Assembly (NCBI GenBank): GCA_047947115.1
Contig: CP170459.1
Coordinates: 3,520,001 to 3,584,000 of the forward strand
Direction: 5' to 3'
Source: Verrucomicrobiota bacterium
GTDB taxonomy: Bacteria; Verrucomicrobiota; Verrucomicrobiia; Limisphaerales; AAA164-E04
Length of the DNA: 64,000 nucleotides
Shown: positions 19,314-30,700 of the stretch, in pieces
Position numbering within the stretch: the stretch's first letter is position 1
Layout: each line of letters opens with the position of its first letter
The notes under the pieces: model-generated
Told to the model about the DNA's origin: nothing
What the model saw: the letters and a program-made list of their open reading frames with translations, nothing else
Databases searched by the model: none
Translations under genes and position numbers: made by a program

Positions 19314-20072
19314 ATGAGCACAACAGCTACAGATACAGCGCCAGCCACCCCTGCTGAAACCGGCCAGGGATCCAAATTCAGCTTCGGAGTCCTTCAGTTT
19401 CCGGGGTCCAACAGTGACCAGGACTGCGTCAACGCCATTGAAGTCCTTGGGCATGAAGCTCACTATGTCTGGCACAAGGATGATCAACTCGGACATTTGG
19501 ATGCCGTTTTGGTGCCCGGCGGGTTTTCCTACGGGGATTACCTGAGGGCAGGGGCGATCGCCCGCTTCAGCCCGGTGATGCAGTCGCTTGCCGAATTTGC
19601 GAACAATGGAGGTTGGGTGCTTGGCATTTGCAATGGATTCCAGATTTTGTGCGAGGCGGGCCTGTTGCCCGGGGCTTTGATTCGCAATCGCTCACTCCAG
19701 TTTCGTTCCGAATTCGTTCATCTTGCGACGGTGAATCATGGCACACCGTTCACACGGGCGATTCCTGAAGGTGCCCTGATGCGGGTACCCGTTGCCCATG
19801 GCGAGGGTTGTTATTTTGCCGATGAAACGACTCTCTCCGAAATGGAAGCCAACGGACAGATCCTCTGGCAGTATGCAACCGCCGATGGCAAGGTGGAGGA
19901 TCATGCCAACCCGAATGGTTCCGTGCGCCACATAGCGGGGATTTGCAATGCCAACAAGAACGTGGCCGCCCTGATGCCGCATCCCGAACGTGCCTGTCAG
20001 GGGTTGATTGGCAGTGACGATGGTCAGTGGATTTTCCGCAGTCTGATCGAGCATATGTCCGCCAAAGCTTGA
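19314..20072 (+). CDS. purQ: FGAM synthase glutaminase subunit
   Basis: FPGSN, PGGFSYGDYLR, GICNGFQ, AHGEG, MPHPER. Confidence 0.95.
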   Translation: MSTTATDTAPATPAETGQGSKFSFGVLQFPGSNSDQDCVNAIEVLGHEAHYVWHKDDQLGHLDAVLVPGGFSYGDYLRAGAIARFSPVMQSLAEFANNGGWVLGICNGFQILCEAGLLPGALIRNRSLQFRSEFVHLATVNHGTPFTRAIPEGALMRVPVAHGEGCYFADETTLSEMEANGQILWQYATADGKVEDHANPNGSVRHIAGICNANKNVAALMPHPERACQGLIGSDDGQWIFRSLIEHMSAKA

Positions 20073-20123
20073 ACCAACACCAAAACCGATTTTTACGATT
20101 TACCACAAGGATATCCAAACACC

Positions 20124-22442
20124 ATGTCCGAACCGAAGATCACTCCCGAATTGATCCGTCAGCACAACCTCACCGATGAGGAATACCAGCTCATTCTTGA
20201 GCAAATTGGCCGTGAACCCAACATGACCGAGCTGGGCATTTTCTCGGTCATGTGGAGCGAACATTGTTCGTATAAAAACACGCGACCGCTGTTGAAAGGC
20301 TTTCCCACGCGTACCCCCAAAGTGCTGGTGCCTGCTGGTGAGGAAAATGCCGGGATCATCGATATTGGGGACGGGCTTGCAGTGGCCTTCAAGATCGAAT
20401 CCCACAACCATCCCAGTGCCGTGGAACCATTTCAGGGCGCCACAACAGGGGTGGGGGGCATCATTCGCGACATTTTTACCATGGGAGCCCGCCCAATATG
20501 CGCGGTGAATTCACTGCGTTTCGGCAAACTTGATTCCGCCGAAGTGCGACGCCTGTTCCGAGGTGTCGTGGCCGGTATCGGGCATTATGGAAATTGTTTC
20601 GGCATTCCAACCGTTGCCGGAGAGGTTTATTTCGACGAGTGTTACGAGGGCAATCCACTGGTGAATGCCTTTTGTCTGGGAGTGTTACGACACGAACAGA
20701 TTGCACGTGGTGCGGCCAAAGGGGTGGGGAATCCTGTTTTTTACGTCGGTCCGGCCACAGGACGCGATGGCTTGGCGGGGGCGGCGTTTGCTTCACAGGA
20801 CTTGACCGAAGAATCGGCCGAACAGCAGCGCGGAGCAGTGCAGGTGGGAGATCCCTTCATGGAAAAACTCTGCATGGAGGCTTGTCTGGAGTTGCTGGCT
20901 ACCGGCGCCGTGGCGGGCATTCAGGACATGGGGGCCGCAGGCCTGACGTGTTCAACCTGTGAAACCGCTGCTCGCGGCGGCACGGGTATTGAAATTGAGT
21001 TGGATAAAGTCCCTCAACGTGGACCGGGGATGTCGCCCTATGAGATCATGTTGAGCGAATCCCAGGAACGCATGTTGATTATTGTCCACAAGGGACGCGA
21101 GGACGAGGTCAAACGTATCTTCGACAAATGGGATTTGCCTTGGGCCGAGATCGGGCATGTCACCGACACGGGGCAAATGGTGGTGAAGCATCACGGCGAA
21201 ATCGTGGCGGACCTGCCCGCGGCAAAACTCGCGGATGAGGCTCCCATTTATCATCGTGAAGCGGCTGAACCGGCTTATCTCAAGGAAACCCGCGCGTTTG
21301 ATCTGAATTCGATTCCCGATACCGAGGATCCGGTGACGGACCTGAATGCCTTGATGGCCTGGCCGACCATTGCCTCCAAAAACTGGGTTTATCGCCAATA
21401 CGATTACACGGTGAGAAACGGCACCATTGTTCATCCGGGTTCGGACGCCGCCGTTGTCCGCGTCAAAGCGGACTCTCTTCCTCTGTTGCCTGACGACGCT
21501 CCGAACAGGAACGAACCCGTTTCCGAAAAATACCTGGCGATGAGTGTGGATGGCAACGGAGCCTACGTTTATCTCGATCCTTACGAAGGCGGAAAGATCG
21601 CTGTGGCCGAGGCAGCCCGTAATCTGGCTTGTTCCGGTGCGGTTCCACTCGGAACGACGGACAATCTGAATTTTGGCAATCCGCACAATCCGGAACTGTT
21701 CTGGCAGTTGAAGGAAGCTGTGCGCGGCCTGGCCGATGCCTGCAGTCACTTTGAAGCTCCCGTTACCGGTGGAAACGTGAGTCTATACAATCAAAATCCC
21801 AAAGGCGCCATTGATCCAACTCCAACGGTTGCCATGGTGGGCCTGATTGAAGATCCGGCGCACATCACCACTCAGTGGTTCAAAAATGAAGGTGATTTGA
21901 TCTTGTTGCTGGGAGACCCTGTGGATAAGGGTGATGTGTTTCAGGGGCTGGGTGGTTCGGCTTACCTCAAGGTCAAACACCAGTTGAAAAAGGGGCTCCC
22001 GCCTCGCTGTGATTTGAGCAAGGAAAAGAGTCTACACGACGCGTTGCGCGGTTGGATTGCCCAAGGTGTGGTGCATAGCGCGCACGATTGCAGTGAGGGA
22101 GGACTGGCGGTTGCTCTCGCAGAATCCTGTATCTCCCGTGAAAAGGCACGCCATACTTCCGAACTCATCGGTGCGGATATTCACCTCAAAGAAATAACGG
22201 GGAGCAGGTTGGATGCACTGCTGTTCGGGGAAATTCAGGGGCGAATCGTAATTTCCATTTCTCCTGTTTATCTGGGAAAAGTGTTGGGGCAAGCCGAAAT
22301 ATTGGGTGTGCCTGTCGAACAAATCGGAACGGTGGGTGGTCAGCGATTGTCCATCAAGGTGGGAGAACGTTCTTTTGAGTGGGGGTTGGAATCGCTCCAC
22401 GACTCGTGGTTTAACACCATCGATCGCATGATGCAGGATTGA
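20124..22442 (+). CDS. purL: FGAM synthase synthetase subunit
   Basis: [44 protein letters not shown]. Confidence 0.97.
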   Translation: MSEPKITPELIRQHNLTDEEYQLILEQIGREPNMTELGIFSVMWSEHCSYKNTRPLLKGFPTRTPKVLVPAGEENAGIIDIGDGLAVAFKIESHNHPSAVEPFQGATTGVGGIIRDIFTMGARPICAVNSLRFGKLDSAEVRRLFRGVVAGIGHYGNCFGIPTVAGEVYFDECYEGNPLVNAFCLGVLRHEQIARGAAKGVGNPVFYVGPATGRDGLAGAAFASQDLTEESAEQQRGAVQVGDPFMEKLCMEACLELLATGAVAGIQDMGAAGLTCSTCETAARGGTGIEIELDKVPQRGPGMSPYEIMLSESQERMLIIVHKGREDEVKRIFDKWDLPWAEIGHVTDTGQMVVKHHGEIVADLPAAKLADEAPIYHREAAEPAYLKETRAFDLNSIPDTEDPVTDLNALMAWPTIASKNWVYRQYDYTVRNGTIVHPGSDAAVVRVKADSLPLLPDDAPNRNEPVSEKYLAMSVDGNGAYVYLDPYEGGKIAVAEAARNLACSGAVPLGTTDNLNFGNPHNPELFWQLKEAVRGLADACSHFEAPVTGGNVSLYNQNPKGAIDPTPTVAMVGLIEDPAHITTQWFKNEGDLILLLGDPVDKGDVFQGLGGSAYLKVKHQLKKGLPPRCDLSKEKSLHDALRGWIAQGVVHSAHDCSEGGLAVALAESCISREKARHTSELIGADIHLKEITGSRLDALLFGEIQGRIVISISPVYLGKVLGQAEILGVPVEQIGTVGGQRLSIKVGERSFEWGLESLHDSWFNTIDRMMQD

Positions 22443-22443
22443 T

Positions 22444-22518
22444 AAAAAAAAGCGGGTCTTGGTGTACACACGGTTATTTTTAACACCAAAACCCGCTGTC
22501 TCCGCACTCGCGAAGACA
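22444..22518 (-). terminator. Minus-strand double hairpin ending in a U8 tract (terminator, possibly the end of a small RNA)
   Basis: TGTCTTCGC-GAGT-GCGGAGACA then AGCGGGTTTTGGTGT...ACACCAAGACCCGCT-TTTTTTT on the minus strand. Confidence 0.65.
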
Positions 22519-22770
22519 CCCATCTTTTAGCTACTTTCGCGCCATTATCAAAGGCAAAATTGAATTTTTTTGCTGTTTTTCATTAGCTGGACTTTACGAT
22601 AGTTTGGGCTGAGGTGGTTGTTTTATTGTAACTAATTGTTGTAAAATAACTTGAGAATACGTTGTTTTCTTTGATGTTCTTTTTGCTGGAGTCTCTTTAT
22701 TAAAATATTGCTTTGAGTGCCACGAAGCTGTATCGATAAAGAAGTTGGGTTTTTGCGGTTTAGTAAGGCT

Positions 22771-25584
22771 TCAATGCGCTTCCAACCAGTTGGCACCGGT
22801 TCCAATTTCGACCTCGATGGGGACTTCCAATGGCAGCGCATCAATCATCCGTTTTCTGACCAGGGGTTCCACTTCCAGCCTTTCCGTTTCCTTCAAGTCG
22901 AATATCAATTCGTCATGGACCTGCAGCACCAGCTTGGTTTCGAGGTTTTTTGTATTCAGTTCATTCCAAATCGCGGACATCGCCAGCTTGATCATGTCTG
23001 CGGCCGTGCCTTGGATCGGAGTGTTGATTGCATTGCGCTCTGCCATGCCTCGGATAGTGCCGTTTCTGGAATTCACATCGGGCAGGTAACGGCGTCTACC
23101 TGTCAATGTTTCCACATATCCCTTTGAACGAGCAGATTCGAGTGTTTCATCCATGTAACCCTTGATGGCCGGGAAACTGTCAAAATAGTGGTCGATGATT
23201 TCAGATGCTTCTTTTCTGGGGATGCCCAATCGTTGGGAAAGACCGAACGCCGAAATGCCATACATAACCCCGAAATTCACGGTTTTGGCACGGCGTCGCA
23301 TGTCGTTGGTGACGTCCTGAAGCCCAACTTTGTAGACATGGGCAGCAGTCGCGGCATGAATGTCTTCACCCGCTTCAAATGCGGCTTTCATGGCGGGATC
23401 ACCACTGATGGAGGCCATGATCCGAAGTTCGATCTGGGAATAATCCGCCGAGAGCAAGGTATAACCTTCCCCGCGAGCCACGAATGCCCTTCTGATTTCC
23501 TGTCCGAGTTCTCTTCGGATGGGGATGTTTTGCAGATTGGGGTTCTGCGAGTTCAGACGTCCAGTAGCGGTGGCTGTCTGGTGGAAGGTGGTATGAATGC
23601 GACCAGTCTTGTCAAAGATGCTTTGGGGCAACGCTTCGGCGTAGGTGCTTCGCAGTTTGGTGACGGTGCGGTATTTCAGGATTTTCTGGATGATTTCATG
23701 TTCGCCGGCCAGGGTTTGCAGGACGGTTTCGTTGGTGGCGTATTGACCGGTTTTGGTTTTTTTGGGCTTGTCCACGAGCTTGAGTCTGCCAAAAAGGATG
23801 TCTCCAAGCTGCTTTGGGGAAGCGATGTTGAAGGTCTCTCCGGCCATGCTGTGAATCTGCTTTTCCAGACCCAAGGATTGCTCGAGCAATTGGGCTGAAA
23901 ACTTGACCATCGAATCGGGATCCAATCGGATGCCTTCATATTCCATCGCAGTAAGCACCGGGACCAGGGGCATTTCCACTTCGTAAAAGACTCGCTGTTG
24001 ACCTTGTTTTTCCACCTCCGGCTTGAGTTTTCGGAAAAGCTGCCAGGTGATGTCCGCATCTTCGGCTGCATATTCGGCCAGTTTGTTCATGGGGACATCT
24101 TTCATGGATTTTTGATCTTTTCCTTTGGGACCGATCAATGACTCGATGGAAACAGGGGTGTAGCCCAGGTAAGCCTCGGCGAGAAAATCCATCCCGTGTT
24201 TCTGATCCGCCCGCACCAGGCTGTGGAGTATCATGGTATCGATGAGGGGGCCTCGGATTTCGTATCCATGCCATCTCAACACACTTAGATCGTATTTGAG
24301 ATTATGTCCTACTTTTCCTATGTGGGCGTTTTCAAATAGAGGCGATAGTTTTGCCCGAATGGTTTCCGATGGCAGGCTTCCTTCACCAACGGTTGGCAGA
24401 TAACAGGCTTTGCCTTCTTCACAGCTGAATGAAAAACCAAGCAATTCCACAATTTTTGGATCCAGACCGGTGGTCTCGGTGTCCAGACAAAACCATTCCT
24501 GTGCGCTCAGCTTTTGAATCCAGGCATCCAGCGCTTCTTCGGTTTGAACGCACTCGTATTGGTGAGGCACTTCGGCGAGTGTTTTCAGGTTGGCTCCTTC
24601 GGCCTGGTTCGGTTCAGCTACATTTTCAGCAGTGGAAGCAGCCGAGAAGTCCAGTTCGAATTGATTTCCTTCAGCCTTTGATTCGGTTGCGAATCCGCGT
24701 CCGGCTTTGAAGGAGTCGCCGAACAGGCGTTTCCCGAGGGCATTGAATTCCAGTTCAACGATCAAGGGCTTCAGGAGATCTTCGTTGGGGGCGGTGATGG
24801 CGAGGTCTGTTTCATTCCAATCGATGGGGACTTGCAGGTCGATGGTGGCCAGTTTTTTCGACAGCAGAGCCTGATCCTTGTTGGCTGCCAGTTTCTCGCC
24901 CATCTTGCCTTTGACTGATGAAGTGTTCTCCAGCAGGGATTCGATGGAATGATGTTCGCTGATGAGCTTTTTGGCCGTTTTTTCTCCCACTCCGGGTACT
25001 CCGGGGATATTGTCTGAAGCATCGCCCCAGAGTCCCAGGATGTCGATGACTTGTTCGGGACGTTCCACTTCCCAGCGTTTGCAGGTTTCCTCCACACCTT
25101 CAATCTCGGGCGCACCGCCTTTGCGTCCGGGCTTGAACAGAAAAGTGTGTTCGGTGACGAGTTGGGAGAAATCTTTGTCCGGTGTCACCATATAGGTGGT
25201 GAATCCTTCTTTCTCCGCTTTACGCGCAAGAGTGCCGATGATGTCGTCCGCTTCGTATCCATCCAGCTTGAGCAACGGGATGTTCATTGCTTCGCAGAGT
25301 CGGTGAATCAGCGGGATGGCTGCAGCCAGATCCTCCGGCATGGCTTCACGTTGGGCTTTGTATTCAGGGTAAATGCGGTGTCGTTCAGTGGGTTCAGGGG
25401 TATCCAAAGCCACAGCCAAGTGGGTGGGTTGTCGGTTCTCTTTCAGATCCAACAACACATTCAGGAAGCCATAGACCGCAGATGTGTTGAGTCCCTTCGA
25501 GGTCCGTATCGGATTCGATATGAACGCAAAATGCGCCCGATACAGCAACGCCATCCCGTCCAACAAAAACAAAGTCTTATCCAT
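22771..25584 (-). CDS. polA: DNA polymerase I
   Basis: 5'-3' exonuclease (LLDG, EADD, GDASDNIPG), 3'-5' exonuclease (DTETT, HNLKYD), polymerase ADYSQIELR, KTVNFG, QVHDEL. Confidence 0.98.
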   Translation of the reverse strand: MDKTLFLLDGMALLYRAHFAFISNPIRTSKGLNTSAVYGFLNVLLDLKENRQPTHLAVALDTPEPTERHRIYPEYKAQREAMPEDLAAAIPLIHRLCEAMNIPLLKLDGYEADDIIGTLARKAEKEGFTTYMVTPDKDFSQLVTEHTFLFKPGRKGGAPEIEGVEETCKRWEVERPEQVIDILGLWGDASDNIPGVPGVGEKTAKKLISEHHSIESLLENTSSVKGKMGEKLAANKDQALLSKKLATIDLQVPIDWNETDLAITAPNEDLLKPLIVELEFNALGKRLFGDSFKAGRGFATESKAEGNQFELDFSAASTAENVAEPNQAEGANLKTLAEVPHQYECVQTEEALDAWIQKLSAQEWFCLDTETTGLDPKIVELLGFSFSCEEGKACYLPTVGEGSLPSETIRAKLSPLFENAHIGKVGHNLKYDLSVLRWHGYEIRGPLIDTMILHSLVRADQKHGMDFLAEAYLGYTPVSIESLIGPKGKDQKSMKDVPMNKLAEYAAEDADITWQLFRKLKPEVEKQGQQRVFYEVEMPLVPVLTAMEYEGIRLDPDSMVKFSAQLLEQSLGLEKQIHSMAGETFNIASPKQLGDILFGRLKLVDKPKKTKTGQYATNETVLQTLAGEHEIIQKILKYRTVTKLRSTYAEALPQSIFDKTGRIHTTFHQTATATGRLNSQNPNLQNIPIRRELGQEIRRAFVARGEGYTLLSADYSQIELRIMASISGDPAMKAAFEAGEDIHAATAAHVYKVGLQDVTNDMRRRAKTVNFGVMYGISAFGLSQRLGIPRKEASEIIDHYFDSFPAIKGYMDETLESARSKGYVETLTGRRRYLPDVNSRNGTIRGMAERNAINTPIQGTAADMIKLAMSAIWNELNTKNLETKLVLQVHDELIFDLKETERLEVEPLVRKRMIDALPLEVPIEVEIGTGANWLEAH

Positions 25585-25637
25585 GCCCCAAGGTTCTACC
25601 CACGGAACCGGGGCTCGTCACGCTTTTAGAAATTTTT

Positions 25638-25664
25638 GTCAGGATTCTGGCCTGTCATGCGTTT
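25638..25664 (+). promoter_or_regulatory. Candidate ECF promoter GTCAG-N17-CGTTT upstream of the sigma gene
   Basis: Same bipartite motif and spacing recur at 27754-27780. Confidence 0.55.
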
Positions 25665-25736
25665 GGTTCTTTGAATACTGTCTCAAGTCTGTGTTTTGTG
25701 GGACACATTTATTTCAGGTTAAGAGACATTGCACGT

Positions 25737-26267
25737 ATGCAATTACAGGAAACTCAAATACTTCAATGCCTCATGGAGGCGCGTATCAGATTATCAGCTG
25801 CAGCCTGGTTGGTAACTCGGGACGCACATGCGGCTGAGGATGTCTTTCAGAACATGGCATTGAAGGCGATCACTCGGAAGGTTGTGTTTGAGAATGAATC
25901 CGCCTTGCTGTCCTGGGCCTTTATCGTGGTGCGACGTGAAGGTATTGACTGGCTTCGCCGTCATCAACGCATCACCTTGGAGATGGATGATGAGCTGGTT
26001 GATCTTTTGAACCAGGATTGGGTCGCGAAGCAAAAGCATGCCCCGGCCGGAGGTAGGCTTGAGGCTTTGTCACAATGTCTGGAATCCTTGCCCGAAAAAT
26101 CCAGGTCATTGCTCAATTTGAAATATTTCGAAGGACTCAATGGCAGCGAAATGGCGGCCCGGATAGGCATTGACCTGAACGCCGTCTATAAAAGGTTGTC
26201 CCGGTTGCACCATGCCTTGCGACAATGTGTGGAACGAAAGATGGAATCAGCGTGTTCGAAATCTTAA
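25737..26267 (+). CDS. ECF sigma-70 factor (Rhodopirellula/Verrucomicrobium-type)
   Basis: AEDVFQ...SWAF (region 2); CLESLPEKSRSLLNLKY...AVYKRLSR (region 4). Confidence 0.9.
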   Translation: MQLQETQILQCLMEARIRLSAAAWLVTRDAHAAEDVFQNMALKAITRKVVFENESALLSWAFIVVRREGIDWLRRHQRITLEMDDELVDLLNQDWVAKQKHAPAGGRLEALSQCLESLPEKSRSLLNLKYFEGLNGSEMAARIGIDLNAVYKRLSRLHHALRQCVERKMESACSKS

Positions 26268-26283
26268 TGTACTTTGATGCCAT

Positions 26284-27636
26284 ATGAACGAGGAATCATC
26301 TCAACTTGAAACTTTGATTCGTTACCTGGACGGAAATTGCACTTCATCCGAGGAGGCGGTCGTGGTGGAGATGCTCAAAAGGGACGCAAGCGCTCGTCGA
26401 TTGCTGAGTGAATTATGCGAACAGGCTGTTTCGGTGGCGGATCTGACTCGAACACATGCCATTACCCAGGGCAAAGATACAGTGAGATTGTTCCCATCAG
26501 GAACGGCTGATGTTTTAAAGCCCAATAGCTTTCGAAAAGCGGGCGGAAAGGTGGCGGTTTTTGCCGGGGTGGCTGCCTTGCTGATGATTGCCGGGCTTTC
26601 CTGGAAGAGCGTGTTTGACAGTCAAGAAGCAAAACCCCTGCTCACCATATCGGGTAGCAACAGCGCCTGCCAGATTCTGACAAGGTTTGGCCAGGTGAAA
26701 ACCCGGCTGGAAAAGGGGCGATCCGTTCAGATTGGTGAAACACTTGAATCTCAATGCAGTGATTCATTCCTCAAACTCAGACTGGGGAAGCGTTCTGGAA
26801 TCACCATGGCAGGGTATGCCTACCTGCAGCAAATGGAACAAAATGACAGTTTTCCTCTTTTTAATTTCCCTCACGGAAGCTTGTGGGCTGAAATTGAGCC
26901 CGACAAAGATTTTGATGCCCTGAGGATACAAACGACGAGCGCCACTTTTGAGTTTCGAAAGGCCCAGTTTGACCTTCAAACCAAGCGGGGAAACACCCGG
27001 CTCCGGATGAATGAAGGAGAAGCCAAAGTCATGCGACTTGTGGATCAATCCACCTTGACCATTGGCAAGGGGCAGATGGTTGAGATCACTTCTCAAGCCG
27101 ATAAGCCTCTTCTTGCGTTGGATCAGCCAAAACCTGTTCTGCAATGGCAGTTTCATCAGCTAAAAGGTCCAGATATTCTTCTGGGTGAAACGCGAGCCAC
27201 CTTGAAACCTGGATACGCCAATATACAGGCCGCACCCCTGCCTTGGAGAATTGCGGAGCATCAACACATCATGCTGTATGCGGCTGCCTTTTCTGTATCG
27301 CGTAGTAGTCCCAATCCCGTTTTGCTCAAGGACGGGTCAAGGATTCGCTATCAATTCAGCTATGACAAAAAAATACCCATCCGATTTGGTTTCAGTACGC
27401 AACGGATGCAGGGAGTTTTCGCCGGAAAATATGAAACCGATGTCAGTCATGACATGATCCAGTCTGAAGGTGATATATATCAAGTAGACCTGAGTTTGGG
27501 CCGATTCCGACCATTGCAAGCCAACCAGCCGCTTTCTCCTGAAGGTTTGGAAATCAATGATATCTACGCCCTAACCATTCAGGAGGATGCAGGCTTGCAC
27601 ATTCATTGGATTGAAATACTACCGCCCGAACGATGA
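26284..27636 (+). CDS. FecR-like transmembrane anti-sigma factor
   Basis: N-terminal LIRYLDG helix, single TM (VAVFAGVAALLMIAGLSW), FecR-like GSLWAEI...IQTTSA...AQFDL...MNEGEAKV; follows the sigma gene. Confidence 0.8.
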   Translation: MNEESSQLETLIRYLDGNCTSSEEAVVVEMLKRDASARRLLSELCEQAVSVADLTRTHAITQGKDTVRLFPSGTADVLKPNSFRKAGGKVAVFAGVAALLMIAGLSWKSVFDSQEAKPLLTISGSNSACQILTRFGQVKTRLEKGRSVQIGETLESQCSDSFLKLRLGKRSGITMAGYAYLQQMEQNDSFPLFNFPHGSLWAEIEPDKDFDALRIQTTSATFEFRKAQFDLQTKRGNTRLRMNEGEAKVMRLVDQSTLTIGKGQMVEITSQADKPLLALDQPKPVLQWQFHQLKGPDILLGETRATLKPGYANIQAAPLPWRIAEHQHIMLYAAAFSVSRSSPNPVLLKDGSRIRYQFSYDKKIPIRFGFSTQRMQGVFAGKYETDVSHDMIQSEGDIYQVDLSLGRFRPLQANQPLSPEGLEINDIYALTIQEDAGLHIHWIEILPPER

Positions 27637-27753
27637 TTGGATGGACGTATATGACCCATTTAAGGGGGAACAAATTGAACACCCTACGGAAGCGTGTGAA
27701 TTGCTCGAAACCTCCATTTCCTCCGAATAAATTTCGAGACCATGCATTTTTCC

Positions 27754-27780
27754 GTCAGAAAACCCTTTGTTTGACCGTTT
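27754..27780 (+). promoter_or_regulatory. Second candidate ECF promoter GTCAG-N17-CGTTT
   Basis: GTCAG-AAAACCCTTTGTTTGAC-CGTTT, preceded by a T-run like the copy at 25638. Confidence 0.55.
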
Positions 27781-27794
27781 CAACATCACAGCGA

Positions 27795-30700
27795 ATGAAA
27801 CTAAAAGAACTTTTACATTCAGATATTGGAGTGCGTGTCCTGGGAGCTGTTCCTAGGGGTGTCCGATTTGTGAAGATCCATAGCCTGGTTCGCTCATGGT
27901 TTCTTGCCCCGGTAGCCATGCTGCTGTTTTCGGTGGTCTCCCATGCCGAACAGATTGGATTCGACACAAATGCCATGAGGGAGCCTTTAGGGTTTACCCA
28001 GTTTTTGAGTCCGCATGTGAATCCCATCATTGTTCAGGGGAAACATGTTTATGTGGTGAACACTCCTTCAGGGACGGTCGATGTGATCGATGCTACCTCG
28101 CTGGAAGTGGTTGATCGTATTCCAGTAGGATTGGAACCTGTCAGCTTGGCCTGTCGTCCGGATGGTCAGGAGATTTGGGTATCCAATCATGTTTCCGATT
28201 CGGTGAACGTGATTGATATCAATCCAAGCCGCTCAACCTGTCACGCGGTCATTGCCACGATTCAGGATTTGGATTTTCAAACCAAATCAACCCGGTCCGA
28301 TGAACCCGTTGGCATTGCATTTGCCAATAACGAAAAGGCTTATATAGCATTTTCTTCGGAAAACAAAATTGGTGTGGTGGATATCACAACCCGGAGAATT
28401 ACCGGCTATTTAAAGATTCCCGCCCAGGATCCGCGCGCCATAGCCGTGCGCCATGGCAAGCTCTTCGTGATTCCATTTGAGTCGGGTAACAAATCCCAGT
28501 TGTCTGGAGGCACGGGGAAATTGGATGCCCCTTATGAGACATTTGATGCCTGGGAACACTCCATCGCCCATAACAACGTGCTTTCCATCGGGCACGTGGT
28601 GGACATTGCGAAGCACCCGAACGTGCCGGACAAGGATCTTTTTGTATTTGATGTTGAAACCGACACGCTGCTTGCCACCGTTGAATCCCTGGGCACTTTG
28701 CTTTATGGATTGGCTGTGGATTCAGCCGGGACCGTTTACATCACACAAACGGATGCCAGGAATGACGCCAATGGTCGATCCGGCACAGAAAAGCATGGTC
28801 TGGATGAAATGGAAAACCGGGCCTTTCTCAATCGCATCACCAAAATTCAATTCGATAAGGCATCAAAAGCCGAAGTCAGCTTTATCGAACTCGAACCACT
28901 GCCTCCAGATCATCCTGACAGAGAGATGGCATTGGCCACACCCTATGCCATTCAGATTTCTGGTGATGACCGAACATTACTGGTAACGGCCTCGGGCTCC
29001 GACAAGGTGTTTTCCGTGGAAACGGAGACTGGAAACATTTTGGGGCGGACAGACACTGGATCGGTACCCGAAGGTTTGGCTTTGGAATGTTCCGAGGATG
29101 GAAAACCTCGACGAGGCTGGGTCTTGGACGCTGTGGGCAATTCAGTGAGCATCTTTGATGTCGAGAATCCTTCTGATTTAAAGCAGCTGGCAAACATCGA
29201 ATTGATCGATCCTACTCCTTCCAAAATTAAAAAGGGCAGGGCAGCCTTTGAAACAGCATCTGCTTCCACAACCGCTACGTTTTCCTGTGCGAGTTGTCAT
29301 CCGAACGGTCATACCGACCAGTTGTTGTGGGTTTTGAAAACACCTGTGGTGACTGGAGGAAACCAAATCATGCCGAGATCAACCATGCCGATCAGGGGCC
29401 TGCGCGATACGGAACCCTACCATTGGGATGGGATTCCAGGCGATCCCTACGGCGGCATTCATTCCGCCAGCGTTCGCAAGGCGGTTCCACCCAACAGTGA
29501 GTTGGGCAAACCCGAGACGAGTGCACGTCATTTGATTGACGGCGGCCTGGAAGGAACGATGCGATTACAGAGTGATACGCGTAGCAATGATGAAGGGAAA
29601 TTAGGTGAATTGTCCAAAGCAGAACGGGATGCCATGGCCGAGTTCATTCTGTCCGTCAGCTATCCTCCGGCACAACGGCGCGCCTTTGACGATCAGCTCT
29701 CGAGTCGTGCGCGCCGGGGGTTTGATCTGTTCCATGTCCGTGGTGACAATGATCCGGGAAAACCGCGTCCCAATGTCTGTGGTGATTGTCATCGCATGCC
29801 TTACTGGGTGAGCACGAATACTCCGGGTACCGGAATGGATGCACCCACTTGGCGCGGTGCTTATGATCGTTGGCTGATCTTGCCCCAAGGACGCCTGAAT
29901 ATCATCGATTTTAATTTTTATGGGGACATCGCCGATCAGGGAGTGCCCGAGGAAAAATTATGGCGATTCTCGTGGGGAGGACGTGAGCGGTTTCATCCCG
30001 TCTGGGACATGGTGCTGGAAGGGAGTACCGGTTACTCCGGTGCGCTGGGACGGCAGTGGACCATGGATCAATCCACCGTGAAATCACCCATGAACGACCT
30101 TCTCCTGGATGCGTTGGAGCAGAGTGATCGAGCCGGAAGTACGGTGCTTCAAATGGAGGGGGTTGTCACAGGCGATCAGGGCAGCATGAAATTATCCCTC
30201 AGTTATCAGCCGGTGGGTGAGGAAGGTGTTTATGTCACCTCGGATGGAGCTCGAACAGTGTACTCCAGAGATCATCTGACGCAACTCGCTCTCAATGGAG
30301 CATTGACAGGTACCTTCACGGCGAGACCCCCCAAGGGTTTGAATGGCCGGCAAATTCAGCCGGCATTGTGGACGCGTGGCCCCATTCAGAAGCAACGGGG
30401 CAGGCAGGATTTTCCGGTGGTTTACCCAGCATCATTATCCATGGAATTCAGTGGTCGGCATATCCGGGCGGATGCGGAATGGCTGGTTGATGGGAGCCCC
30501 GCCAAAGGCAACTGGAACATGTCCGGAGAGGATGTGTCACTCACACTGGATCAACTGCCCGAACCGGGTTTGCATTTTCTGCAGGTGATGAATCCTGAAG
30601 GCTTATTGAGCAATGAATTTCTATTTCACGTATCCCTCGAAAAACCAAGCAAACGGATACCCAAGTCCGATAGTCTGGCCGCCAAATTGAGAGAAAAAGG

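Noticed and set aside
27633..27794. ORF-track start of the di-heme protein
   Set aside because: Would bury the signal peptide and overlap the candidate ECF promoter
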